Assembly (NCBI GenBank): GCA_019414025.1
Contig: DXMU01000046.1
Location: 20,801 to 84,800, forward strand
DNA length: 64,000 bases
DNA from: Collinsella sp.
GTDB lineage: Bacteria > Actinomycetota > Coriobacteriia > Coriobacteriales > Coriobacteriaceae
Direction of reading: 5' to 3'
This document shows, piece by piece, positions 12,922-23,284 of the stretch; the first letter of the stretch is position 1, and every line of letters starts with the position of its first letter. Below the pieces are notes generated by a model. It did not search any database, had not been told where the DNA came from, and was given only the letters and a program-made list of their open reading frames with translations. Both the position numbers and the translations under genes were made by a program.

Positions 12922-15649
12922 GAATCTCGATCTCCTCAGCGGGCAGGGTAAAACGGAAGACGGCCCCATGGGGGTGGTTGTCGCGAACTTCGATGACGCC
13001 GCCATGCGCCTCCACGATGGAGCGGCAGAGCGACAGCCCAAGGCCGATGCTTCGACGCGAATCCACGGGCCGCGTATTGCTTGAGGTGAAGAAGCGCTCA
13101 AAGATATGAGGCTTGTCGCAGTCTGCCACACCCGGCCCATCGTCTGCGACGTCCACCACGACGAACGCACCCTCGCGACGTGCTCTGATGGTGACAGTCG
13201 AGTCCTCGGGCGTGTATTTGAAGGCGTTCATGATGAGATTCGTAAGCACCTGCATGATGAGATGGACGTCGATGCGTACCAGCAGGATGTCGTCAGTGTG
13301 CTCGATGGTGACAGTACGTCCATGCGATGCTTGGGCGACATGGCTGAGGGCGGCCTCGATGACCTCGTCGATGAGCTCGGATGTGAAGTTGAGGCGAATG
13401 GTGCCATCCTCGACGCGTGTGATGGCGAGGAGGTTCTCCACGGTATCGATAAGCCAGAGGGAGTCGTCGTAGATGGCATCGGCAAGATCGCAGCGTTGTT
13501 CGAGGCTGAGCTTCTCGTCTCTCTTCCGAAGGATTGCCGCAGATCCGGATATAGCCGTGAGGGGTGTCCTCAAATCGTGGCCGATGGAGCGCAAAAGGTT
13601 GGCGCGCAGCTGCTCGTTTTTCGCCAAGACCGCAGCCTCTTCGCGCTCTTGCGCCGCTCGGTCACTTTCGAGCGCCAAGGCGCATTCACCTACGATAGAT
13701 AGGACGATCGAATGCTCGAAGGCTTCGGTCTCGCGCCCCTCCAGGGCGATGCCGATGACACCGAATACCTTGTCACCGGTGCGAACCGCGAGGTAGAGAC
13801 AGCGCGCCTCAGGCAGGGTCCGCGTGCTTGCGCCCGCGCGCTTGTTGTTGGTGAAGGTCCAGGTTGCAACGGCGCGCTCGTAGTCGGTGAGCAGCGACGC
13901 GGATCGGTTTTCGGTGCCAGCGGACTCATAGAGCGCCTTGCCGAGCGTGCCGTGTTCGGCGGGGTAGAAGACCACGTCGAGTTTTAGCAGTTTGACAAGT
14001 TGGTTCATGGCGACGCGGGCGCACTCCTCCGCGCTATGGGCTTGCTGTAAGATCTGGTTCGTTTCGAGGAGTACGCGCGTTTTGAATGCGTTCTCGGCGG
14101 AGGTACGGGCATTGTCGGCGATGCGCGCAGTTAACTCGCCGGCGACCATAGCGGTAGCGAACATGATGCCGAACGTGACCAGATAGCTTCGGTCGTAGCT
14201 GGCGAGCGAAAACAGAGGCGTTACGAAGCAGAAGTTGTAAAGCACTACAGAGAGCACGCTCGATACGATCGTGCAGATACGCCCCGTCGTGGTGACGGCG
14301 GTCAGCAGGGCCGTGAGGATATAGAGGGATATGATGCTGGAATCGGCAAATCCCAGATGGCGGAAAGCCGTGCCGATCGCCGTGGCGACAAGAGAGAGGG
14401 TCAGCGTGCGAAGCACGTCTCGGCTGCTGGGCGGCTGCAGGGCGAGCGCACGGCGGCGTCCTTTGGGCCGGGAGGGCGGAGTCGACTGGTCTGGAATGAT
14501 GTAAATGTCGAGGTTCGGGGCGAATGCTATGAGCTGCTCTACGAGAGATTTGCGGCCGAAGAGGGCCTGACGGACGCTGCTGCGCTCGCCCGTGCGCCCC
14601 ATGACGATCTTCGAAATACCCGACAGGCGCGCGAACTCGGAGATCTGAAACGCGACGTCGTCGCCATAGACGGTTTCCATATGTGCTCCGAGCTGCTCGG
14701 CCAGGGCGATATTGGCTGCAAGCTTGGCGCGCTCATCATCGCTCATGGCTTGCGTGCGCGGGCTCTCTACGAACAGGGCGACGAGCTCGCTGCGAAACGC
14801 TTTCGCCATGCGTGCGGCGGCACGGACGATGCGGGGATTGGTCGGCGCCGGGGAGACGCAGACTAAGATACGCTCCCTGGTGTAGTAGTCACGGTTTCCC
14901 AGCACGCGTGCGGCGTCTGTGAGGTGGCCGGTGCGATCGGCGCAGCGGCGCAGCGCGATTTCTCGGAGTGCGGTGAGGTTCTCGACGGTAAAAAAATGCT
15001 GTTGCGCTCGGTCGGCTTGTGCGGGACGGTAGACGAGGCCGGCGCGAAGGCGCTCAAGTAGGTCTTTGGGCTCTATGTCGACGAGCTCGACCTGGTCGGC
15101 ATCATCGAAGATGCGGTCGGGGATTCGTTCGCTCACGACAACGCCGGTGATGGATGCAACCATGTCGTTTAGGCTCTCGATATGCTGAACGTTCACGGTC
15201 GTATAGACGTCGATGCCTGCATGTAGAAGTTCCTCGACGTCTTGATAGCGTTTGTCGTGGCGAGACCCCGGCGCATTCGTATGGGCGAGCTCGTCGACAA
15301 GGATGAGCTGAGGGGCGCGTTCGATAGCCGCATCTAGATCGAACTCGCTGAGCGCAATGCCGTTGTGCTCGATGAGTTTACAGGGCGCGTTCTCAAGCCC
15401 TTGTGCAAGATGGGCAGTTGCCGGACGTTCGTGCGGCTCGATGTATCCCGCGACGACGTCGACACCTCGCCGCTTGGCGGCGTGGGCGGCTTGAAGCATC
15501 GCATAGGTTTTGCCTGCACCAGCAGCGTAGCCAAAGAAAATCTTGAGGTGTCCCCGGCTGGTTCGAGCGTCATCGGCGACCTCGTCTTTCTCAATTGCCT
15601 TGAGGATGAGGTCTGGATTGACGCGAGTGTCCGATGCGTCGCGCTGCAT
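12914..15649 (-). CDS. kdpD: Sensor histidine kinase KdpD
   Basis: KdpD N-domain P-loop GYAAGAGKT, Usp-like region, 4 TM, H-box SIGHDLRTPL, HATPase domain. Start at MQRDAS with a GAAAGG RBS. Confidence 0.9.
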   Translation of the reverse strand: MQRDASDTRVNPDLILKAIEKDEVADDARTSRGHLKIFFGYAAGAGKTYAMLQAAHAAKRRGVDVVAGYIEPHERPATAHLAQGLENAPCKLIEHNGIALSEFDLDAAIERAPQLILVDELAHTNAPGSRHDKRYQDVEELLHAGIDVYTTVNVQHIESLNDMVASITGVVVSERIPDRIFDDADQVELVDIEPKDLLERLRAGLVYRPAQADRAQQHFFTVENLTALREIALRRCADRTGHLTDAARVLGNRDYYTRERILVCVSPAPTNPRIVRAAARMAKAFRSELVALFVESPRTQAMSDDERAKLAANIALAEQLGAHMETVYGDDVAFQISEFARLSGISKIVMGRTGERSSVRQALFGRKSLVEQLIAFAPNLDIYIIPDQSTPPSRPKGRRRALALQPPSSRDVLRTLTLSLVATAIGTAFRHLGFADSSIISLYILTALLTAVTTTGRICTIVSSVLSVVLYNFCFVTPLFSLASYDRSYLVTFGIMFATAMVAGELTARIADNARTSAENAFKTRVLLETNQILQQAHSAEECARVAMNQLVKLLKLDVVFYPAEHGTLGKALYESAGTENRSASLLTDYERAVATWTFTNNKRAGASTRTLPEARCLYLAVRTGDKVFGVIGIALEGRETEAFEHSIVLSIVGECALALESDRAAQEREEAAVLAKNEQLRANLLRSIGHDLRTPLTAISGSAAILRKRDEKLSLEQRCDLADAIYDDSLWLIDTVENLLAITRVEDGTIRLNFTSELIDEVIEAALSHVAQASHGRTVTIEHTDDILLVRIDVHLIMQVLTNLIMNAFKYTPEDSTVTIRARREGAFVVVDVADDGPGVADCDKPHIFERFFTSSNTRPVDSRRSIGLGLSLCRSIVEAHGGVIEVRDNHPHGAVFRFTLPAEEIEIHE

Positions 15650-15892
15650 AGCGTAGCCTTTCTGAAACGTTGTCCATGCGTGCATACGCGGTGAGGACGC
15701 CACTGTATGCTCGCGAGGTCGAGTATAGGCGCACTGCAGCCGCAATAGTGCTTTCTACCTGCATCTTTACGGCATCTTAAGGTCGTGAGCCCCGGCCCTC
15801 ACGCCTCTTTAATCTCTAGAAGCGTTTACTGTCCCCAGGCGCTTGCGAGAGCAGGCGTCCGAGACATCGGACCGCGCGTGAAAGGGGCGGTA

Positions 15893-15979
15893 ATGGACAT
15901 CCTCATTCCCATTATCGGAGTCGTCTGCATCGGACTCCTTATCTATTACATCTACATTCTGATGAGGAGTGATTCGTAA
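15893..15979 (+). CDS. kdpF: K+-transporting ATPase subunit F
   Basis: 28-aa hydrophobic peptide MDILIPIIGVVCIGLLIYYIYILMRSDS directly upstream of kdpA. AAAGGGG RBS. Confidence 0.75.
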   Translation: MDILIPIIGVVCIGLLIYYIYILMRSDS

Positions 15980-15982
15980 ACT

Positions 15983-17806
15983 ATGGACGCTGCGATTCAG
16001 TACATCTTGTACTTTGCCGTGCTCGTCGTCCTGGCCGTTCCGCTCGGTCGGTTCATGGCCCATATCATGGATGGCGAGCATACGTTCCTGTCGCCTGTGA
16101 TTGCTCCTGTGGAGCGTGGCGTCTATCGTCTGCTTCGCATCGACGCGGCAGAGCAGATGGGGTGTAGGCGCTATCTGGCGAGCGTGCTGGTCTTTTCGGG
16201 GATCGGCCTCGTGGCCCTTGTGGCACTCCAGGCGCTTCAGCCCTTCTTGCCAGGCAATCCCCAGCACCTGCCGGGTGTGTCATGGGACCTGTCGTTCAAT
16301 ACGGCCGCTTCCTTCATAACCAACACCAATTGGCAATCCTATTCCGGTGAGACCACCCTGTCCTACCTTGTGCAGTTCATGGGCCTCACCGTGCAGAACT
16401 TCTTGTCCGCCGGCACCGGTATTGCGGTCATGTTCGCGCTCATCCGCGGTTTCCGTCAGGTCAAGGAGCAGGGTCTGGGTTCCTTCTGGGTCGACCTCAC
16501 CCGCACCGTCCTGTATGTGCTCATCCCGCTGAACCTCGTGTTCGGCATCTGCCTGGCTGCCGGTGGCGTCATCTCCAACTTCCAGCCGGCTCAGAAGGCT
16601 GAGCTCGTAGAGTCCGTCGCTGTCCAGCCTAATGCAGACGGCGGCTGGAGCGTCATCGACGGCGCCCAGATCGAGGGCGATACGGTCAAGGTCGACGGCA
16701 AGGTTGTCGAGGGCGCGCGCGTGGTCACCGAGCAGTTCCTGCCCCAGGGTCCTGCGGCTCCTCAGGTCGCCATCAAGCAGTCCGGTACCAACGGCGGCGG
16801 CTTCTTCGGCGTGAACTCCGCCCATCCGTATGAGAACCCCAGTGCCTTCACCAACATCATCGAGATGACCAGCCTGCTGCTGATCCCGGCTGCCTGCTGC
16901 TTCACCTTCGGTATCGGCGTCAAGAACACCAAGCAGGGCAAGGCCATCTTCGCGGCGATGCTTATCCTGCTCGTGGTCTTTACCGGCATCATCGCCGTTA
17001 ACGAGCATATGGGTACGCCGCAGCTGGCCGATGGCGGAGCGGTCAACATCGAGATGACCGATGGCCAGGCCGGCGGCAACATGGAGGGCAAGGAGAGCCG
17101 CTTCGGTATCGCCACCTCCTCCACGTGGTCGGCTTACACCACCGCCGCTTCCAACGGCTCGGTTAACTCCATGCACGACTCCTACACCCCGCTGGGCGGT
17201 TTTGTCCAGATGCTGCAGATGGCTCTGGGCGAGGTCGTCTTCGGCGGCGTGGGCTGCGGCCTGTACGGCATGATCGGCTTCGCCATCCTCACAGTGTTCA
17301 TCGCCGGCCTTATGGTCGGCCGCACGCCCGAGTTCCTGGGCAAGAAGATCGAGCCGGGCGAGATGCGCTGGGCAGTTGTCCTGTGCCTGGCAACTCCGTT
17401 TGCCATTCTGGTGTGCTCGGCCATCGCCTGCATGGTGCCCGGTCTTGCCGACCAGCTCAACAATGGTGGCGCGCACGGCTTCTCCGAGGTGCTGTATGCC
17501 TTCACCTCATGCGGCGGCAACAACGGCTCGGCGTTTGCAGGCATGAACTGCAACATTCCCTGGATCAACGTCATGCTCGGCCTCGAGATGCTGTTCGCCC
17601 GCTTCATGCCCATCATCGGTACGCTGGCTATCGCTGGCTCGCTGGCCAAGAAGGGTAAGGTCGCCGAGAGCGCCGGTACCCTGTCTACCACCAACGGCAT
17701 GTTCGTATTCCTGCTCGTGTTCATCGTTCTGCTGATCGGTGCCCTGAGCTTCTTCCCGGCCCTGGCGCTTGGCCCCGTTGCCGAGTTCTTTCAGATGATT
17801 GCGTAA
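15983..17806 (+). CDS. kdpA: K+-transporting ATPase subunit A
   Basis: 607-aa polytopic protein with the typical KdpA N-terminus, in operon context. Confidence 0.95.
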   Translation: MDAAIQYILYFAVLVVLAVPLGRFMAHIMDGEHTFLSPVIAPVERGVYRLLRIDAAEQMGCRRYLASVLVFSGIGLVALVALQALQPFLPGNPQHLPGVSWDLSFNTAASFITNTNWQSYSGETTLSYLVQFMGLTVQNFLSAGTGIAVMFALIRGFRQVKEQGLGSFWVDLTRTVLYVLIPLNLVFGICLAAGGVISNFQPAQKAELVESVAVQPNADGGWSVIDGAQIEGDTVKVDGKVVEGARVVTEQFLPQGPAAPQVAIKQSGTNGGGFFGVNSAHPYENPSAFTNIIEMTSLLLIPAACCFTFGIGVKNTKQGKAIFAAMLILLVVFTGIIAVNEHMGTPQLADGGAVNIEMTDGQAGGNMEGKESRFGIATSSTWSAYTTAASNGSVNSMHDSYTPLGGFVQMLQMALGEVVFGGVGCGLYGMIGFAILTVFIAGLMVGRTPEFLGKKIEPGEMRWAVVLCLATPFAILVCSAIACMVPGLADQLNNGGAHGFSEVLYAFTSCGGNNGSAFAGMNCNIPWINVMLGLEMLFARFMPIIGTLAIAGSLAKKGKVAESAGTLSTTNGMFVFLLVFIVLLIGALSFFPALALGPVAEFFQMIA

Positions 17807-17822
17807 AGGAGGGCGCAGATTT

Positions 17823-19883
17823 ATGGCTATGCAAAAAGACATGATGGGCCGCGCGGTCCGCGACTCGTTTGCCAAGCTGGATCCTCGCGTCCAGATTCAA
17901 AACCCGGTCATGTTCCTGGTGTGGCTTTCCGCCGTCATGACCTCCGTCCTGGCCGTCGCTTCCATTTTCGGTGTGCAGGACGCGGGTGTGCCCACCTACT
18001 ATGTGGTCGCCATCGCGGTCATCCTGTGGCTCACCGACCTGTTCTCGAACTTCGCCGAGGCGCTTGCCGAGGGCCGCGGTAAGGCCCAGGCCGATTCCCT
18101 GCGTGCGGCCAAGAAGGATGTCGAGGCCCATCGCATCGAGTCCGTTGAGGGCAAGGAGCACTTCATCGTCGTTCCCGGCACCGAGCTCACGCGCGGCGAC
18201 CTGGTGATCGTACGCGCCGGAGAGCAGATTCCCGGCGACGGCGACGTCATCGAGGGCGCTGCCTCCGTTGACGAGTCCGCCATCACCGGCGAGTCCGCCC
18301 CTGTGGTCCGCGAGGCCGGCGGCGACCGCTCTGCCGTTACCGGCGGTACCACGGTGCTGTCCGACTGGATCATCGTCAAGATCTCCAGTGAGCCCGGCCA
18401 GAGCTTCCTGGACAAGATGATCGCGATGGTCGAGGGTGCCGCGCGCAAGAAGACCCCTAACGAGATCGCTCTGGAGATCTTCCTGGTGGCCCTCTCCATC
18501 GTCTTTATCCTGGTCACGCTGGCCCTGTATTGTTACTCCTGCTTCTCGGTCGGTCTTAACGACATGGACAACCCCACGGCCGTGACCACGCTCGTGGCGC
18601 TGCTCGTGTGCCTGGCTCCCACTACCATCGGCGCCCTTCTGTCCGCCATCGGCATCGCCGGCATGAGCCGTCTGAACGAGGCCAACGTGCTGGCCATGTC
18701 CGGCCGCGCCATCGAGGCCGCCGGCGACGTCGACATCCTCATGCTCGACAAGACCGGTACCATCACCCTGGGCAACCGCCAAGCCGCCGAGTTCATCCCG
18801 GTCGACGGCGTCGATCCCGCGGAGCTGGCCGATGCCGCCCAGCTTTCCTCGCTGGCCGACGAGACCCCCGAGGGCCGTTCCATCGTCGTACTCGCCAAGG
18901 AGCAGTTCGGCCTGCGCGGCCGCACGCTCGAGGATAAGGGCATGGAGTTCATCCCGTTCACCGCGGCAACGCGTATGTCCGGCGTGAACTACGAGGGCAA
19001 TGAGATCCGCAAGGGCGCTGCCGATTCCGTGCGCACCTATGTGGAGGCAGCCGGCGGCGTGTTCTCCCAGGAGTGCGACGAGGCCGTCGAGCGCATCGCC
19101 AAGGCCGGCGGCACCCCGCTGGTCGTGACCAAGAACTGCCGCGTGCTGGGCGTTGTGTACCTCAAGGACATCATCAAGTCCGGCGTTAAGGAGAAGTTCG
19201 CCGACCTGCGCAAGATGGGCATCAAGACCATCATGGTGACGGGCGACAACCCGCTCACCGCCGCGGCAATCGCCGCCGAGGCCGGCGTTGACGACTTCCT
19301 GGCCGAGGCCACCCCTGAAGGCAAGCTCGAGAAGATCCGCGAGTTCCAGCGTGAGGGCCACCTGGTCGCCATGACCGGCGACGGCACCAACGACGCGCCC
19401 GCTCTGGCCCAGGCCGACGTCGCCGTGGCCATGAACACGGGCACCCAGGCCGCCAAGGAGGCCGGTAACATGGTCGATCTCGACTCCAACCCCACCAAGC
19501 TCATCGAGGTCGTGCGTATTGGCAAGCAGCTGCTCATGACCCGCGGTTCGCTCACGACCTTCTCAGTGGCCAACGACGTGGCGAAGTACTTCGCTATCAT
19601 TCCGGCCCTGTTCTCGCCAATCTACCCCGGGTTGGACGCCCTCAACATCCTGGGGCTCACCAGCCCGTTGTCTGCCGTGCTGTCCGCCATCATCTACAAC
19701 GCGTTGGTCATCGTCGCGCTGATTCCTGCCGCCCTGAAAGGCGTGAAGTACCGCGAGCTTTCGTCCGGCCAGCTGCTGACCCACAACCTGCTGGTGTGGG
19801 GTCTGGGCGGTATCGTGGCGCCGTTCGTATTCATCAAGATTATCGACATGCTGCTGGCCTTGTTCGGCATTGGCATGATGTAG
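17823..19883 (+). CDS. kdpB: K+-transporting ATPase subunit B (P-type)
   Basis: [35 protein letters not shown] before ATG 17823. Confidence 0.95.
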   Translation: MAMQKDMMGRAVRDSFAKLDPRVQIQNPVMFLVWLSAVMTSVLAVASIFGVQDAGVPTYYVVAIAVILWLTDLFSNFAEALAEGRGKAQADSLRAAKKDVEAHRIESVEGKEHFIVVPGTELTRGDLVIVRAGEQIPGDGDVIEGAASVDESAITGESAPVVREAGGDRSAVTGGTTVLSDWIIVKISSEPGQSFLDKMIAMVEGAARKKTPNEIALEIFLVALSIVFILVTLALYCYSCFSVGLNDMDNPTAVTTLVALLVCLAPTTIGALLSAIGIAGMSRLNEANVLAMSGRAIEAAGDVDILMLDKTGTITLGNRQAAEFIPVDGVDPAELADAAQLSSLADETPEGRSIVVLAKEQFGLRGRTLEDKGMEFIPFTAATRMSGVNYEGNEIRKGAADSVRTYVEAAGGVFSQECDEAVERIAKAGGTPLVVTKNCRVLGVVYLKDIIKSGVKEKFADLRKMGIKTIMVTGDNPLTAAAIAAEAGVDDFLAEATPEGKLEKIREFQREGHLVAMTGDGTNDAPALAQADVAVAMNTGTQAAKEAGNMVDLDSNPTKLIEVVRIGKQLLMTRGSLTTFSVANDVAKYFAIIPALFSPIYPGLDALNILGLTSPLSAVLSAIIYNALVIVALIPAALKGVKYRELSSGQLLTHNLLVWGLGGIVAPFVFIKIIDMLLALFGIGMM

Positions 19884-19895
19884 ACGGAGGTTTGT

Positions 19896-20486
19896 ATGTT
19901 CAAAGGTGTTGCATCGCGCGCACTGGGCGTGTTCGCGCTGTTTACCGTTGTCTGCGGCCTGGGCTATACGCTCGTCGTGACCGGCATCGCCCAGGTTGCG
20001 TTCCCGTACCAGGCGAACGGATCGCTCATCAAGGTCGACGGCAAGGTTGTGGGTTCCGAGCTCATCGGCCAGAACTTCGATGATGAAGCCCACATGTGGG
20101 GTCGTATCCAGAACGTGTCAATTGTCGAAGGCGAAGACGGCGAGCTTATGGCGTATGGTGCTCCGTCCAACCTGTCCCCGGCGAGTGAGGAGTATCGGCG
20201 GCTTGTGGACGCGCGCGTGAAGAAGATCCGCGCTGCCAACCCCGATGCCGATATGGACGCTGTGCCCGTCGACCTGGTGACGTGTTCGGGGTCCGGCCTC
20301 GACCCGGAGATCTCTCCGGATGCCGCCGAGTACCAGGTCCCGCGCCTTGCCAAGGCCACGGGCAAAAGTAAGGACGAGGTGCGCGACATCATCGCCGCGT
20401 GCACCAAGGGCCGTTTCCTCGGCGTGTTCGGCGAGCCCACGGTTAACGTGCTCAAGGTGAACCTTATGCTGGACGGCGCGCTGTAG
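19896..20486 (+). CDS. kdpC: K+-transporting ATPase subunit C
   Basis: 196 aa with an N-terminal TM and the GSGLDP motif. Confidence 0.9.
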   Translation: MFKGVASRALGVFALFTVVCGLGYTLVVTGIAQVAFPYQANGSLIKVDGKVVGSELIGQNFDDEAHMWGRIQNVSIVEGEDGELMAYGAPSNLSPASEEYRRLVDARVKKIRAANPDADMDAVPVDLVTCSGSGLDPEISPDAAEYQVPRLAKATGKSKDEVRDIIAACTKGRFLGVFGEPTVNVLKVNLMLDGAL

Positions 20487-20503
20487 GTGAGGGAGTGGCG
20501 GAT

Positions 20504-20633
20504 GAGGGCATGACTGACTATCTGAGCCCTCAATTCCACCCCGCCCATCAGTTGCGGTGAAATACGGACTGTTTTAGCTGTCAAAGGCCTTATCTACTCC
20601 GTATTCCACCGCAACTTTTTTGTGAGGGTTGGG
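20504..20633 (+). repeat. ~125-bp repeat element, copy 2 (same orientation as copy 1)
   Basis: Aligns with 12090-12216 with only a few substitutions or indels. Confidence 0.9.
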
Positions 20634-20734
20634 ATTGAAGGTGAGGAGTGCGAGCGAGTGCAGATATGGCGGTTGCTGATACGATAGGTACGTTAGCAAC
20701 TGCCGCCGAGCGGCTCAAACGAAAGGAACCCTGT

Positions 20735-22684
20735 ATGGAGTCTTCCGCCTACCCGATGCTCTTTAGCCCGATCAAGGTCGGTACGACCGAGGTCAAGAAC
20801 CGCGTCTTTATGCCGCCGGTGTCCACGAACCTGGCCGATCATGGCTATGTGACCGACGACTTGGTTGATCATTACCGTGCCCGTGCCAAGGGCGGCGTGG
20901 GCCTCATCATTACCGAGGTCGTGACGGTCGAGCCCACCTATACCTATCTGCCGGGTGACATGTGCTGCTACGACGACACGTTTATCCCCGGCTGGGAAAA
21001 GCTCGCCGCAGCCGTCCACGAGTATGGCTGCAAGATCATGCCGCAGCTCTTCCATCCCGCCTACATGGCCTTTAACATTCCGGGCACGCCGCGCCTGATC
21101 GCTCCGTCCTTTGTGGGCCCGTCCTATGCCCGCGAGGCGCCGCGCCCCATCACGGTCGATGAGATCCACGAGCTCACGCATCAGTTTGGTGACGCTGCTG
21201 TGCGCATGCAGAAGGCCGGTGTCGACGGCGTCGAGGTCCATGCGGCACACGCCCACGGCATGCTCGGCGGCTTTTTGACCCCGCTCTATAACAAGCGCAC
21301 CGACGAGTACGGCGGCTCGCTCGACGCCCGCATGCGCTTCCTGCTCGAGGTCATCGCCGAGATTCGCGAGCGCTGCGGCAAGGACTTTATCATCGACGTC
21401 CGTATCTCGGGCGACGAGTACACCGATGGCGGCCTGACCCTCAACGACATGATCTATGTCTCGCGTCGCTTGGAGAAGGCCGGCGTCGACATGATCCACG
21501 TGTCGGGCGGCACTACCATCAAGCGCGGCTCCGCCATTCCCGCCGCCGGTACGCAGCAGGCCTCGCACGCCGCCTGCTCGCGCGAGATCAAGAAGCATGT
21601 GAATATTCCCGTTGCCACGGTCGGCCGCATCAACGAGGCATGGATTGCCGAGGAACTGATCGAGGACGGCGCCGCCGACATCTGCATGATGGGCCGTGCC
21701 AATCTGTGCGATGCCGAGTTCTGCAATAAGGCCGCTGCCGGCAACACCGACGACATCCGCCCCTGCATCGGCTGTTTGCGCTGCCTGAACGGCATTATGT
21801 TTGGCAAGCGCATCTCCTGCACCGTCAACCCGGACGTGGAGCGCGACGAGGCCGGCTACGAGCCTGCCGCCGAGGCCAAGAACGTGCTCGTTGTGGGCGC
21901 TGGTCCTGCGGGCATGGAGGCAGCCTACATTGCCGCCAAGCGCGGCCATAACGTGGTGCTCGTGGATAAGCAGGACGAGCCGGGCGGCGAGATGCGCATT
22001 GCGGCCGTTCCGCCGGCAAAGCAGGAGCTCACGCGCGTGATCAAGTATCAGTACCGTCGCCTGGCCGAGGCCGGCGTCACGTGCGTCTTTGGTACCGAGC
22101 TTTCGGCCGAGGACATCCAGCGCGACTACGCGGGCTACGAGGTTGTCCTGGCTTATGGCGCCGAACCCATCGCCCCGGCCTTTATGCAGGGATTTAAGCA
22201 GGTCATGACGGCTGACGACCTGCTGGGTGGCAAGGCTTTCCCGGGCAAGAAGATCGTCATTGTGGGCGGCGGCACCGTTGGTTGCGAGACGGCCGATTAC
22301 CTGGCCCCGTTGGTCAACGACCTGTCGCCGGCCAACCGCGATGTCACCGTCATCGAGATGACCAAGACGCTCGCCGCCAACGAGGGCGGCGCCGGCCGCG
22401 CGGTGCTCATCACGCGCATGCTCTCCAAGGGTGTTCACGTGCTGACCGAGGCCAAGGTGACCGAGATTACCGAGGACACCATCAGTTACGAAAAGGACGG
22501 CGAGGTCCACACCATCGCCGACGCCGACACGCTGGTGCTTGCCATGGGCTATCGTCCCAACACCAAGCTGGCCGACGACCTGGCGGCAGCCGGCGTTACC
22601 ACCCACGTGCTGGGCGATGCCAACAAGTGCGGTAACATTCGCGACGCCATCGGCGATGGCTACAAGGTTGCCTGCGAGCTCTAG
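20735..22684 (+). CDS. NADH:flavin oxidoreductase of the OYE / 2,4-dienoyl-CoA reductase (FadH, BaiH/BaiCD-like) family
   Basis: OYE TIM-barrel N-domain, Cys cluster CIGCLRCLNG...C, and C-terminal GAGPAG dinucleotide fold. Start at MESSAYPMLF. Confidence 0.85.
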   Translation: MESSAYPMLFSPIKVGTTEVKNRVFMPPVSTNLADHGYVTDDLVDHYRARAKGGVGLIITEVVTVEPTYTYLPGDMCCYDDTFIPGWEKLAAAVHEYGCKIMPQLFHPAYMAFNIPGTPRLIAPSFVGPSYAREAPRPITVDEIHELTHQFGDAAVRMQKAGVDGVEVHAAHAHGMLGGFLTPLYNKRTDEYGGSLDARMRFLLEVIAEIRERCGKDFIIDVRISGDEYTDGGLTLNDMIYVSRRLEKAGVDMIHVSGGTTIKRGSAIPAAGTQQASHAACSREIKKHVNIPVATVGRINEAWIAEELIEDGAADICMMGRANLCDAEFCNKAAAGNTDDIRPCIGCLRCLNGIMFGKRISCTVNPDVERDEAGYEPAAEAKNVLVVGAGPAGMEAAYIAAKRGHNVVLVDKQDEPGGEMRIAAVPPAKQELTRVIKYQYRRLAEAGVTCVFGTELSAEDIQRDYAGYEVVLAYGAEPIAPAFMQGFKQVMTADDLLGGKAFPGKKIVIVGGGTVGCETADYLAPLVNDLSPANRDVTVIEMTKTLAANEGGAGRAVLITRMLSKGVHVLTEAKVTEITEDTISYEKDGEVHTIADADTLVLAMGYRPNTKLADDLAAAGVTTHVLGDANKCGNIRDAIGDGYKVACEL

Positions 22685-22715
22685 TTAACCCCTTTGCACC
22701 AATCGATTGCAAAAA

Positions 22716-22760
22716 GCGGCGGCTGCCCTGTGTGTTGGGCAGCCGCCGCCTGCGTTTTGC
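22716..22760 (+). terminator. Hairpin terminator
   Basis: gcggcggctgccc / gggcagccgccgc stem followed by a T-rich tail. Confidence 0.7.
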
Positions 22761-22783
22761 CAAAGAAAGATTATTGTCGGGCC

Positions 22784-23017
22784 CTAAATGCCTTTTGTTT
22801 CTGCTCCCTCCGCAATCATGTTGCGGTTGTAGACCAGGTGCAGATACATCGCATCGTGAGCGGCGGTGGGGCTGTGCGCCTCGATGGCGTCGGCCACACC
22901 GCGGTGCGTGCGGATGGTCTCCTCGACGAGCCTTTTGCCCGTTACATCGATAAAGAGGGGAACGGATGCCTTGAGCACACTCATCAGACGGGTAACGACG
23001 AGGTTTCCGCCATCCAA
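22784..23017 (-). pseudogene. Remnant of a GntR/FadR-family regulator (C-terminal FCD-domain fragment only)
   Basis: HRGVADAIEAHSPTAAHDAMYLHL resembles the FCD-domain C-terminus. Compare HRRILEAIKRGDTDTASYLAETHLHL in the intact GntR at 24945. No wHTH is present and no RBS was seen. Confidence 0.45.
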
Positions 23018-23110
23018 GGTGGCTACATGGAGTAGCGCCCATGCGCATCAAATATCTCCTCTCATAGATGCGCGGCACAAAGAGCCCCGAGCTCACACGA
23101 GCTCGGGGCC

Positions 23111-23270
23111 TTTTTCGTCTGGATTGGGGACGCATAGCCGGACGAAAACAATTTGCGTCTGGTAATAAGCGTACGAAAGCGCAATTTACGTCTTAATTTC
23201 GGACGCAAATCAAGACGAAAACCGTTTACGTCTGCTTTAAATCCGTACGAAAACGGTTTTCGTCTTGCAG
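23111..23270. repeat. ~73-bp unit duplicated about 2.2 times, carrying four ACGAAAAC / GTTTTCGT-type palindromes
   Basis: TTTnCGTCT motifs end at 23120, 23160, 23193, 23233 and 23265. The best palindrome is gtACGAAAACgGTTTTCGTct at ~23246-23265. Confidence 0.75.
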
Positions 23271-23284
23271 GGCAGTTGTCGTTT

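Noticed and set aside
15650-15892. c-di-AMP (ydaO/kimA-type) riboswitch or another leader in the kdpD / kdpF divergent region.
   Set aside because: I did not see the characteristic pseudo-symmetric conserved blocks. The region is more simply explained as divergent promoters with KdpE sites. A covariance-model scan would settle it.
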